A stretch of DNA of 64,000 bases from Bacteroidales bacterium. GTDB lineage: Bacteria > Bacteroidota > Bacteroidia > Bacteroidales > Marinilabiliaceae. Position 1 is the first letter of the stretch, and every line of letters starts with the position of its first letter. A program made the position numbers and the translations under genes. This document shows, in pieces, positions 27,506 through 35,828 of this stretch. The notes below the pieces were generated by a model. That model saw only the letters and a program-made list of their open reading frames with translations. It made no database searches and was not told where the DNA came from. Where the stretch lies: contig SUWW01000004.1 in the NCBI GenBank assembly GCA_015061285.1, forward strand, positions 341 through 64,340. The letters run 5' to 3'.

Positions 27506-28385
27506 CTACTCACCTTCGCCGTCGGTCTCTTGAGTATCACCCTCGGTGGTGGTCTCTTGAGTATCACCCTCGGTGGTTGGTGCACTTGCAGAGATAGCAG
27601 CTATGCCCTTGCCATCTTGACGGATGGCAGCGCCACCAGCGCGAACGAGAGCCGAGAGGATGTCGCCGTAGTACGACGGATTCTTTTCGTCGACGAAGAG
27701 ATCCACGTTGCCAAGTGCGCGGCTTACGCACTCTTGTTGCCATGCCACAGCATACACATTGCTATTGGCAGGCGAAACAGACGAACGCAGATAGACGTCG
27801 AAGCCATAGATGGCACCCACGGTGCCTTTCTGAGCATCGGCAGAAGCAAGGAATGCTTGGCTCTGCTGCTGAGTGAGGTCTTCAAGCAGTTGGCTATATG
27901 CCTGTGCGTTGAGGAGAAGACAACGTCCTGTTTGCGGCACATCTTGAGAGTTGAAGGTGGTAGCAAGGTCGAGCACATCCGATGAGCCGAAGCTTGCAAT
28001 AGCCTTCATGGTAGGCGTTACGCCGTCTATCCAGGCGTCCACAATGTCGCCATGCACAGCATCGACAAGAGCTGCACGCATCTGAGCAATGACGCTTTGG
28101 CGTTTGTCGTACGAGAGTTCCACCTCTTCGCCATTGGTGATGTGAATAGGATCGGAAGTATACATCGTTGATGTTGTAGGTGAGGTCTGAGTCGGTTCTA
28201 CCGCCAGCCTGAGCAGGGAAAGTAGAGCGATTCTTGACGATAGAGGGGGCAGAACCAGCATTGGGGACGTGGACAGTCTTGTTGTTCACAAAGCCCGAGT
28301 GGTTGATAGCGCGTGCCGCAAAGGTGTTGTCGGCAAAAAGGGGTGCGACAATGTCGTTGAGCCAAATTTCTTTCTGTAAAGCCAT
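27506..28385 (-). pseudogene. capsid-like paralogue 2, reading frame broken near 28157-28163
   Basis: The N-terminal 76 aa (28385 downwards, MALQKEIWLNDIVAPL...) and the ORF 27506-28261 each align to parts of the 266-aa paralogue but lie in different frames. C-terminus carries a 27-bp tandem duplication (TTEGDTQE x2). Confidence 0.5.
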
Positions 28386-28483
28386 GTTTAGAATTAAGAA
28401 TTACGAATTAATAATTACGAGAGACGCGCCATCGGTATCTGCACTTCGCTATACCCACTACGCTCTGCTCTTTTACTTTTTAC
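28386..28483. repeat. heptamer-phased intergenic cassette with core
   Basis: AATTAAG AATTACG AATTAAT AATTACG, then a core, then TCTTTTA CTTTTTA CTTAC. Confidence 0.85.
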
Positions 28484-29425
28484 TTACTCGAGGTTGAGTT
28501 TCTGACCGAATTTCTCGAAGAACTTCTTCTCGAAGAGCTCTTTGTTTTCGGCTTTGAGTTGCGCGAGAAGGTTCTTGCGGTCCAGTTCGTCCCACGAGAG
28601 CGAAGCGAAGTCGGTTTTGCTTTGTTTTGGTTCTGGCGTTGGCACGCTCTTCTTGGCTGGCATAGCGGCAAGGAGGTTTTGTAGCGCTTCAAGTCGGCCT
28701 ACGTAGTCTTTCTTCAGACAGTCGGCAAGTTGTTGAGTGATGCGATGATCGGCAACTGCCTTTTCGAGCATCTGTTGCACGGCGTTTTGGTCGTTGGAGG
28801 CTTTGAGGTTGTCGAGCTCTTTTTGCAGAGCGTCGGCGCGGTCGGCTTTCGCCTTGAGGTTTACCAAATATGGCTTTAGCACCTCTTCGTCCTCGCTTTG
28901 GAGGTCGGGAAAGATTTCTTTGTAGTTCATATTATTATGGTTATTAATACGCGCCGCAAGGTCGTGCAGCACATTGTCGTTTTCGTCATAAAGTCGGCCC
29001 AGAGCGTTGTAGTTGCCAGGAATATCAACGAGACTAATCTCGCGCGGGAACCAACGTTTCACTGTTGGACCATCTTGTCCGGGGAGTTTATCGGATAGGT
29101 CGTCGCTTATCTCAAGCGCAACGATATGGCCCACCGAAGCAGCATTGATGAAGCCTTCCTCTATTTGTTGGGCGAGGTCGGGGAAGAGTGTGTCGTTGAC
29201 AATAGGAACGGCAAAGAGAGCATCGCCTTCACGGCGGAAGTCGGTCCACTGCACTGCAACACCTTTGTCGCGGTCGTGCATAAGGAAACCCACTGGCGGT
29301 CGGTAGCGGTCGAGTTCCATACCATCAGTAAGCAAGCGATAGCCATAGCAGTTGACGGAGTTGTCGGTTAGGCAAAATTCACGGTCGATACGTTTCATTA
29401 GGGAATAGGTTGTTTTTGTTTTCAT
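28484..29425 (-). CDS. prohead serine protease (HK97/S78-like) fused to a C-terminal coiled-coil scaffold-like region
   Basis: GFLMHDRDKGVAV (His), INAASVGH (Ser) and EISLVDIPGNYNA motifs. C-terminal 120 aa are coiled-coil. Confidence 0.6.
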   Translation of the reverse strand: MKTKTTYSLMKRIDREFCLTDNSVNCYGYRLLTDGMELDRYRPPVGFLMHDRDKGVAVQWTDFRREGDALFAVPIVNDTLFPDLAQQIEEGFINAASVGHIVALEISDDLSDKLPGQDGPTVKRWFPREISLVDIPGNYNALGRLYDENDNVLHDLAARINNHNNMNYKEIFPDLQSEDEEVLKPYLVNLKAKADRADALQKELDNLKASNDQNAVQQMLEKAVADHRITQQLADCLKKDYVGRLEALQNLLAAMPAKKSVPTPEPKQSKTDFASLSWDELDRKNLLAQLKAENKELFEKKFFEKFGQKLNLE

Positions 29426-29527
29426 GGCAAAAATGAATTGCCTCTACACCCCCGCAAAATAGGTGAGCCAAATTGGCGCAACTATTTCCCGCAACGATTC
29501 ACGGGCGGCAACTTTGTGGCCGTTGGA

Positions 29528-29552
29528 GCGGATTTGCAAATCCGCCTGAACG
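29528..29552. promoter_or_regulatory. perfect 18-bp palindrome GCGGATTTGCAAATCCGC followed by CTGAACG in the divergent head/tail spacer
   Basis: Related copy in the same sense orientation upstream of the sheath gene (24042-24067). CTGAACGCC alone occurs upstream of 20268. Confidence 0.4.
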
Positions 29553-29584
29553 TAACTAATAACTCAAAACTTATAACTAAAGAA

Positions 29585-29893
29585 ATGACCGGACAACTCA
29601 CCGAGGCCGAAATCAACCGCCTCAAAGCTCAGTATGGTAAGATTTACGAAATCACAGCCGAAGACGATGGCGAACAATACGTTGCCTACTTCCGCCGCCC
29701 CGACATGGGCACACTCAGCGCCATGACCAAAATGGCCAAAACCGACGAGATAAAAGCTTCTCAAATACTGCTCGAAAACTGTTTCGTGGGTGGTGCCGAC
29801 ACCGTCAAAAGCGACACCTCGCTCTTCATGGCTACTGTGGGCGAACTCTCGAAGATTGTAGGCGCAGCCAAGGCTACAATAAAAAACGTCTGA
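29585..29893 (+). CDS. tail assembly chaperone (short, zero-frame product)
   Basis: 102-aa acidic ORF immediately upstream of the tape measure gene. ATG at 29585 preferred over the track start 29438. Confidence 0.6.
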   Translation: MTGQLTEAEINRLKAQYGKIYEITAEDDGEQYVAYFRRPDMGTLSAMTKMAKTDEIKASQILLENCFVGGADTVKSDTSLFMATVGELSKIVGAAKATIKNV

Positions 29894-30105
29894 CGGAGTT
29901 TGCCCTCAAGGTAGACTCCGACAACGAGGAAGATGAACTCCTCAAAGGCGATGCACTAATACGTGCCAACTTCCACCTTGATCCGTCTACTCTCGACGAA
30001 GAGACGTGGGCGCGTCTGTGCTCCGAATCCCTTTGGATAGAGACATGGCGACTGCGCAACCAAGCAGAAATGCTCGGAAGGCTATTTGGTAGTAAAAAGG
30101 ATTGA
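29585..30105 (+). CDS. tail assembly chaperone, -1 frameshift fusion product (G-T analogue)
   Basis: The zero frame reads A_AAA_AAC at 29881-29887. The -1 frame is open from there for 72 further codons to TGA at 30103-30105. Confidence 0.55.
29881..29920 (+). promoter_or_regulatory. programmed -1 ribosomal frameshift signal
   Basis: Slippery heptamer A_AAA_AAC in the correct phase, a 6-nt spacer, then a 10-bp stem (29894-29903 / 29911-29920, two G-U pairs) with a 7-nt loop. Confidence 0.55.
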
Positions 30106-30264
30106 AAATTCTGCGTTGAGAGGGAATTGCAAGACGCTACATCTAATCTCGATTGCCGAATATACCCATCTCTTTGAAGAGACACCAACAACCAATTCCA
30201 GTTAATATGTAAACGAAGAGTACCATGACTTTGTCGTATTCACATTTCAAATATATAAGTATTT

Positions 30265-32226
30265 ATGGCCAATAACAATACAGTAGAGTTAAAACTTCAA
30301 CTCGTCGACAACGTTACAGGTGCGGTGCAGAATATAACTGGCTCGATTGAGGGTGTAGAGAACGCCGTGAAGAAAGTCCTCGATGCTGCAAAAAAGCAGA
30401 AAGAGGTCTTCGACAAAACCACCGACTCTCTATTCAAATTTAAGACGGCTTCAGACGCTATAAAACACGTTGGCGACACCATAATGCAGACGACAACGCC
30501 TGCCATAGAGTTTCAGCAGCGTATGGCAGACCTGTCGGCCATAACAGGCGTGACAGGCAAAGATCTTGAACGCGTAGGCGAGATGGCACGTCAGATAGGC
30601 AAAGAGAGCGGACTTGGTGCTGCCGAAGCGGCTCGTGCCTTCTCGGTGCTTGCTGGTCAGCTGGACGCTCCAGTAGACGACATCGGGCTTATTCTCGATA
30701 AGAGTGCCACCCTCGCACAGGCGGCAGGTCTCACCATCGACGATGCTGCCAACTCGCTTGCCGCCACCATCAGCCAATATGGACTTGCCGCCAACGATGC
30801 CGACCGCATTATGAATGTGCTTGCCGCTGGTAGCCGCGTGGGAGCGAGCGAAGTGGTAGACCTTGCACAGTCGTTCAAGGTGGTAGGCGCAGCAGCTTCG
30901 AGCCTTGGCGTAGATGTGGAGCATACGGCTGGTGCACTCGAAGTGCTTGGCGGTGCAAACATCAAAGGCGCTGAGGCTGGTACGGCACTACGCAACGTGC
31001 TGCTTAGCCTCAAAACGAAACTCGGTGTAGACACTTCGGTAACCGACCTCTCGGACGCACTGGCGGCTTTGCGACCTAAACTGCAAGACACCGAATTTCT
31101 TGCCAAAACATTCGGCATAGCCAATGTAACGGCAGCCACTTACCTCATTCAAAATGCCGATGCCGTGCGCGATATGACCGACGCTGTAACCAACACCCAA
31201 GCCGCACAAGAGCAAGCCGAAATCCGCAATGCCACTTGGGCGCATCAACTTGAGATTACGCGCGCACAGTTCGACGACCTGAAGATAAGTATAGGTACAG
31301 CCCTCGGACCTGCAGCAGCGTGGACCACAGTGTTGTCGGAGGGTGCACAACAGTTTGTCGCTCTTGGTGAAGCCACAAAACTTGCGGGCGCGTTAGGTAA
31401 AACTTTTATTTCCGTCACCCACAACATGGGTCGCGTGCTTCTCAATCCGCTTGCGTCGGTTCGCCTGTTGCGTTTGCGCTTCAATATGCTACGCACTTCA
31501 CTGATGAAAACAGCGGCGGCACAAAAGGTTGTCATTGCCGTAACCAAGGTGTGGACGGCTGTACAGAAGGTGTTCAATGTAATTATGAGCATGAACCCGA
31601 TAGTCTTGATAGTGCTTGGCATCATGGCGCTTATCGGCGTGGTGTATCTCGTAATAGAAGCCTTCAAGAAATGGGGCGACGAGGCTCTAATGCTCTTCGG
31701 TCCGCTTGGTTCGATGATTCTTGCATTCAAGACGCATTGGGATAGCATTGTAGATGCGTTCAAAAACGAGGGCATAATAGCCGGACTGAAGCGTATCGGC
31801 GAGGTACTTATGGACGTGTTGCTGCGCCCTGTGCAGAAGCTCCTCGGATGGGTGGGCGAACTCACGGGGTGGGATTGGGCTAAGAAGGCTGCTAACTGGG
31901 TGCAAGAGGTGCGCATCGATCACAACCTTGCTAAGCCCGAAGAGACCAAAGCCACCGACAACAAGACCGCCGAAACCAAAGCCGACAACAAGAAGAAGGA
32001 GGAAAAGAAGCTCGGACCGCTCGGCATCAACCTCGCTGCTAACGGCACAGCTACAAAAGCCACTGCGCAGTCGAGCCAAATAAAACGCATCGACATAACC
32101 ATCGACAAGGTGGTGGAGAACTTCACCGTGGCCACTACCAATATGCAACAGACAGCCACCGACGTTCGCGACATGGTTGCCCGCGCCCTCATCGATGCCG
32201 TAAATGATGTGAACTATGCGATGTAA
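30265..32226 (+). CDS. tail tape measure protein
   Basis: TP901-type TMP core (ADLSAITGVTGKDLERVGEMARQIGKESGLGAAEAARAFSVLAGQ), central TM-like helices, 653 aa. Confidence 0.85.
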   Translation: MANNNTVELKLQLVDNVTGAVQNITGSIEGVENAVKKVLDAAKKQKEVFDKTTDSLFKFKTASDAIKHVGDTIMQTTTPAIEFQQRMADLSAITGVTGKDLERVGEMARQIGKESGLGAAEAARAFSVLAGQLDAPVDDIGLILDKSATLAQAAGLTIDDAANSLAATISQYGLAANDADRIMNVLAAGSRVGASEVVDLAQSFKVVGAAASSLGVDVEHTAGALEVLGGANIKGAEAGTALRNVLLSLKTKLGVDTSVTDLSDALAALRPKLQDTEFLAKTFGIANVTAATYLIQNADAVRDMTDAVTNTQAAQEQAEIRNATWAHQLEITRAQFDDLKISIGTALGPAAAWTTVLSEGAQQFVALGEATKLAGALGKTFISVTHNMGRVLLNPLASVRLLRLRFNMLRTSLMKTAAAQKVVIAVTKVWTAVQKVFNVIMSMNPIVLIVLGIMALIGVVYLVIEAFKKWGDEALMLFGPLGSMILAFKTHWDSIVDAFKNEGIIAGLKRIGEVLMDVLLRPVQKLLGWVGELTGWDWAKKAANWVQEVRIDHNLAKPEETKATDNKTAETKADNKKKEEKKLGPLGINLAANGTATKATAQSSQIKRIDITIDKVVENFTVATTNMQQTATDVRDMVARALIDAVNDVNYAM

Positions 32227-32334
32227 AAAAGTAGTAAGTAGAAAGTAATAAGTAAGAGAGCCGTGGCGTGCCGCGTCCGCCGTAAGCCATGCTCTTATAA
32301 TTCTTACTTCTTAATTATAAATTCTTAATTCTCA
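32227..32334. repeat. heptamer-phased cassette with GC-rich core; copy 2 of the repeat pair
   Basis: 32252-32302 is identical to the reverse complement of 22813-22863. Flanks are nnAAGTA and AATTCTT heptamers. Confidence 0.9.
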
Positions 32335-32625
32335 ATGACCCTTGGACTAATACTCGACAGCGAAACCAACGACCTGCTAATAGATGGCAGATGCATTGCG
32401 TTGGGTCGTCCACAAACGACGATAGCAACCATTGTCACCACGGCCAACCGAGGTGAACTGAAGGAGCTGCCACTCATCGGTGGCGAAGCCAACCGTCAAC
32501 TCGGTTCTCCTCGTCAAGCGCTCTGGCTGACACGCCTACGCAAACAACTTGTGGCGGTAGGGCTGAAGGTGAAGAACCTCGCCGTTGATAGCCGTTCAAA
32601 CGCCATTCAAATGGAAGTTGAATAG
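32335..32625 (+). CDS. hypothetical baseplate-module protein (possibly gp25/W-like)
   Basis: 96 aa, positioned after the TMP. Loose gp25-like pattern only. Confidence 0.3.
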   Translation: MTLGLILDSETNDLLIDGRCIALGRPQTTIATIVTTANRGELKELPLIGGEANRQLGSPRQALWLTRLRKQLVAVGLKVKNLAVDSRSNAIQMEVE

Positions 32626-32708
32626 TTCCGAATTCCCAATTACGAGTTCCGAGTAACCATCGTCCATCAGCGACTAACACTCGTAACTAATAACTTATAA
32701 CTAAAGAC
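32626..32708. repeat. heptamer-phased intergenic cassette
   Basis: Ends in AACTAAT AACTTAT AACTAAAGAC before the GTG start, the same sense-strand pattern as the other cassettes. Confidence 0.7.
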
Positions 32709-33029
32709 GTGCAAACCATTACAGCCCAAGACAGACAAACGCTTTTTGACATAGCCCTCGAAGTGTGGGGCCGCGCCGAATTAGCCTACAACCTTGCCGA
32801 AGCCAACGACCTGGTTCTATCCGACGAAGTGGCAGCAAATACTGTTTTGCTAATACCGACAGTGGATGCTAAGACCGACCGCGCCGTGGTGAGTGCATAC
32901 GAGTTGAACAGCATAACGCCTGCCACGTCGGCAAGCCAAGAAGAGATAGATGAACTAAACCCCGAAGGCATAGCATATTGGTACATAAAAGCGCCAGTGC
33001 CGGTCTTCGTGGTCTCACCCAATAATTAA
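32709..33029 (+). CDS. LysM-like small tail protein (gpX-like)
   Basis: N-terminal LysM-like segment (TITAQDRQTLFDIALEVWGRAELAYNLAEANDL). 106 aa. GTG start. Confidence 0.35.
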   Translation: MQTITAQDRQTLFDIALEVWGRAELAYNLAEANDLVLSDEVAANTVLLIPTVDAKTDRAVVSAYELNSITPATSASQEEIDELNPEGIAYWYIKAPVPVFVVSPNN

Positions 33030-33035
33030 TACCCC

Positions 33036-33923
33036 ATGGCACGAACAATAGAAGAGATAAAAGAGGCGATGACCACCGCCTTTATGCGCGACAGCGCGGC
33101 ACAGTCGGCATACGGATTTGGCGAAAATCAGAAGTTCTCGGCACATTTCAGCAAGGCAAGTATCGAGAGCATACTATTCTATGTATTTGCCGTGTGTGCC
33201 TACGCCATTGAGCGCCTCACCGAAACGCACCTCACCGAAGTGACGTCGGTTGTGGCGGCTCTACGCCCACATACGCTCACCTGGTATCAGCAGAAGGCGC
33301 TCGCATTCCGCTATGGCGAAGCCATCGACGATGCAACTGCCGACTACACCACCGACGAGACATCCGACACGGAGAAGCCCGTCAGCCAATGCGCCGTAAA
33401 CGAAGCCGACACGGGCGGACTCGTCATAAAAGTTGCCACCACCGATAGCGATGGCAACCTCACATACCTACCGAGCAACCGTCTGTCGGCATTCTCATCA
33501 TACATAGGTAGGATAAAAGATGCCGGCATTCAAACCACCATACTTAGCCAAGCGGGTGATCGTCTGACGCTCAAACTCGTTGTATATGTAGACGACACTA
33601 TGTATAACACCGATGGAACGCTCATCAGCGAGCCTTCGAGCCCCATTCAAACGGCTATCAAAGAGTATTTGAAGCAGCTACCATTCAACGGCGAACTCGT
33701 CTTGGAGCATCTCACAGACTACCTTCAGACGGTAGATGGAGTAGAAGTGCCGCACATCGTGGAAGCAAGCAGCACCGCCGTAAGTGCAACAGGTCAGACC
33801 TCCAGCGGCTATGGCGATGCCAAACCCATCGACGTCCGTGTGATGCCCGGAAGTGGATACTTCGTGGTCAGCTTCGATGCTACCGATAGCTGGCACTCAA
33901 CAATAGAATACCGGATCAAGTGA
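33036..33923 (+). CDS. putative baseplate J-like protein
   Basis: 295 aa. Position and size only, plus weak recollection of similar Bacteroides phage proteins. Confidence 0.35.
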   Translation: MARTIEEIKEAMTTAFMRDSAAQSAYGFGENQKFSAHFSKASIESILFYVFAVCAYAIERLTETHLTEVTSVVAALRPHTLTWYQQKALAFRYGEAIDDATADYTTDETSDTEKPVSQCAVNEADTGGLVIKVATTDSDGNLTYLPSNRLSAFSSYIGRIKDAGIQTTILSQAGDRLTLKLVVYVDDTMYNTDGTLISEPSSPIQTAIKEYLKQLPFNGELVLEHLTDYLQTVDGVEVPHIVEASSTAVSATGQTSSGYGDAKPIDVRVMPGSGYFVVSFDATDSWHSTIEYRIK

Positions 33924-34119
33924 AGAAACCGTTGGAGGGGATTTAGAAACGATATTGTTATTCAATATATTGCAAAATATTGTATCAAGATAGTATCAAA
34001 CGACTCTATAGCACTTCCCCAACGACCTTGTTTTGCCTCTCAAATTTAACGCAAATACGCCCCCTTTACGCAAAGAAATGGAGGCGCAATTTATTTTGAG
34101 TCTAAAGAATTCTCTCGTC

Positions 34120-34416
34120 CTAATCATCACTCTCTGACCAGCCAGCGACATACGTAAAGACCAATTCCCCTCTTTCTGACCACTTCTGATTATACCGTCT
34201 TTCTCCATTCGGGTACATAATAGTCTGTAATGACGATCCATCTTCATTGGTGGTCTTCTTGACACGGCGAATGAGCCACGTCGGATCATCGTAGCTCGTG
34301 GTTGTCGGCAGACAATAGCCAACGTACATGAGAGTATCGGAGAGTTCTTCGACGATGGCAGGGGTAGTTTGCTCACCGAGGAGAGCGAGCAGGAGTGAAG
34401 TGCTGGTAGGATTCAT
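34120..34416 (-). CDS. hypothetical protein
   Basis: 98-aa ORF, last gene of the minus-strand block. Confidence 0.45.
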   Translation of the reverse strand: MNPTSTSLLLALLGEQTTPAIVEELSDTLMYVGYCLPTTTSYDDPTWLIRRVKKTTNEDGSSLQTIMYPNGERRYNQKWSERGELVFTYVAGWSESDD

Positions 34417-34437
34417 GAGTTCGATGATTGTATGAAT

Positions 34438-34468
34438 GAAACGCTGACGTGATTGGCATCAGCGTTTC
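34438..34468 (-). terminator. hairpin after the basic-protein gene
   Basis: Perfect 10-bp stem GAAACGCTGA/TCAGCGTTTC. No strong T tract. Confidence 0.35.
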
Positions 34469-34498
34469 AAGATTATTGTTGTTGCGATGAGAGCTGCA

Positions 34499-34816
34499 CT
34501 AACGGCTGCGACGGCCACGCCTCACACCGTTGAGAGCCGATGCGCCAACGTTCTTCTTGATAGTCTGACGAGCAGCACCACGAACGGCACGTCCTGCCTT
34601 GCGAGCGGCTGTCTCGTTGTGCGTCTTGGCACGGACAGCACTGCGGACAATGGCAGCAGCCTTGCGGATTGCTTTCCATACCGAACCAGACACGCTGGTC
34701 GTTTTCTTACTTGTTGAACGTGTTGTGCGCTTGCGAGCGGTTTTCTTGCGAGTTGTCGTGCGCTTCTTGTAGGTGCGCGTAGTTATCTTGCGCTTGGTGG
34801 TTTTCTTTGTTGCCAT
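34499..34816 (-). CDS. extremely basic Thr/Lys/Arg-rich small protein (nucleic-acid-binding candidate)
   Basis: MATKKTTKRKITTRTYKKRTTTRKKTARKRTTRSTSKK... Starts 12 nt after the amidase gene. Confidence 0.55.
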   Translation of the reverse strand: MATKKTTKRKITTRTYKKRTTTRKKTARKRTTRSTSKKTTSVSGSVWKAIRKAAAIVRSAVRAKTHNETAARKAGRAVRGAARQTIKKNVGASALNGVRRGRRSR

Positions 34817-34828
34817 GATTATTACGTG

Positions 34829-35371
34829 TTAGTTGAATTCTGATTTTGCGTCGAATGATGGGCAGGCTTTGTTGGCGAAGTCACGATGACCATAGACTGG
34901 AATATTGCCGTATGCCTGACGGAGTTCTTTGATAAGTTGACGAAGCGAGGCTTTCTGTGTATCAGTTCGATTGTCTTGCGGTGTCTTGCCGTCCTCAGCC
35001 ACACCGCCACAATACGATATGCCGATGGAGTTCGAGTTCTGCCCAACGCAATGCGCCCCGACTTTCGACAGCGGTCTGCCTTCATGCACCGAACCGTCTC
35101 TATAAATGACGTAGTGATAGCCAATGCAGTCGAACCCACGCTCACGATGCCACTTGTCAATCAGTTCGACTGTGCAGGCTTGCGAGGGACGAGTGGCGGT
35201 GCAGTGAACGATAATCTTATTGATAGTCCGCCCCACGAGAGCGAGTTTTGTCTTGTCAACGAGGTTCATGATTTGAGTCTTGTATTTGCGGTAGATGATT
35301 ATGCCAGCAGCAGTCGTAGCTATGCCAGCCACAAGAAGAATTGTCCACTTGCGGTTATATGTTGATTCCAT
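34829..35371 (-). CDS. N-acetylmuramoyl-L-alanine amidase (Amidase_2) with N-terminal TM/signal-anchor
   Basis: TM WTILLVAGIATTAAGIIIY, then IIVHCTAT, GYHYVIYRDG, GAHCVGQNSNSIGISYCGG, HRDFANKACPSFD. Paralogue of 27040-27447. Confidence 0.85.
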   Translation of the reverse strand: MESTYNRKWTILLVAGIATTAAGIIIYRKYKTQIMNLVDKTKLALVGRTINKIIVHCTATRPSQACTVELIDKWHRERGFDCIGYHYVIYRDGSVHEGRPLSKVGAHCVGQNSNSIGISYCGGVAEDGKTPQDNRTDTQKASLRQLIKELRQAYGNIPVYGHRDFANKACPSFDAKSEFN

Positions 35372-35828
35372 ACTTACTGAGCTTAGTCTCTATCTCCTCC
35401 ATCATCGAGCCGCTGAGCTCCTTGCGAAACCAACCTACGAGGTCGAGCTGGATGCCATCGCCGAACCACGGCGTGCCTGTCGTGCCGTATGGCTTGACAC
35501 CGAACGCCTTGATAACCGCGAGCCAGTCCTTACCATTCTTCAGCTTGGCGATGACGGACTTGATGACATCGGTATCCGTACCATTCCAGACATTGAACGC
35601 TTCGAAGAGCGTGTTTGCGAATATCTTGGCCTGCTCGGAAGTTATTGTCGCTGAGATCTCATTGTCGGTTGTGGTCAGACTGTTGACGGCGTTTGACAAT
35701 TCACGCTCGTTGCGACCCTCGCGTATGCGCTTGACAATGCGCACGCCTATGACGAGCGCCGTCACACCAAGTGCCGTGATGCCAGCCGCTTTGAGCAATA
35801 CACGCAATTGATTGTCGGATAGATTCAT
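35355..35828 (-). CDS. membrane-anchored hypothetical protein
   Basis: ATGA overlap with the upstream gene at 35825-35828. TM AAGITALGVTALVIGV. Confidence 0.5.
   Translation of the reverse strand: MNLSDNQLRVLLKAAGITALGVTALVIGVRIVKRIREGRNERELSNAVNSLTTTDNEISATITSEQAKIFANTLFEAFNVWNGTDTDVIKSVIAKLKNGKDWLAVIKAFGVKPYGTTGTPWFGDGIQLDLVGWFRKELSGSMMEEIETKLSKYGINI

Noticed and set aside
29438-29584. A longer 151-aa version of the chaperone ORF.
   Set aside because: The extension covers the divergent regulatory spacer, including the 18-bp palindrome and the AACT heptamers. The ATG at 29585 follows the standard AAAGAA context used by other genes of the element.
31245-31916. A 223-aa minus-strand ORF inside the tape measure gene. 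Similar long antisense ORFs occur at 30451-31139 and 31687-32192.
   Set aside because: These are shadow ORFs in a GC- and Ala-rich gene with clear TMP motifs on the plus strand. They have low-complexity Ser/Ala/Pro composition.
22782-32334. An invertible 9.4-kb segment bounded by the inverted 51-nt identical cores.
   Set aside because: No invertase or recombinase was recognised. Mentally inverting the segment does not produce a more canonical gene order. The elements keep sense orientation relative to local transcription, which fits a regulatory role better. This remains testable with long reads.
34473-34717. Alternative-frame ORFs (68 aa on the minus strand, 76 aa on the plus strand) overlapping the basic-protein gene.
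   Set aside because: They are by-products of the biased composition. The 105-aa frame starts 12 nt after the upstream gene and runs to the hairpin.
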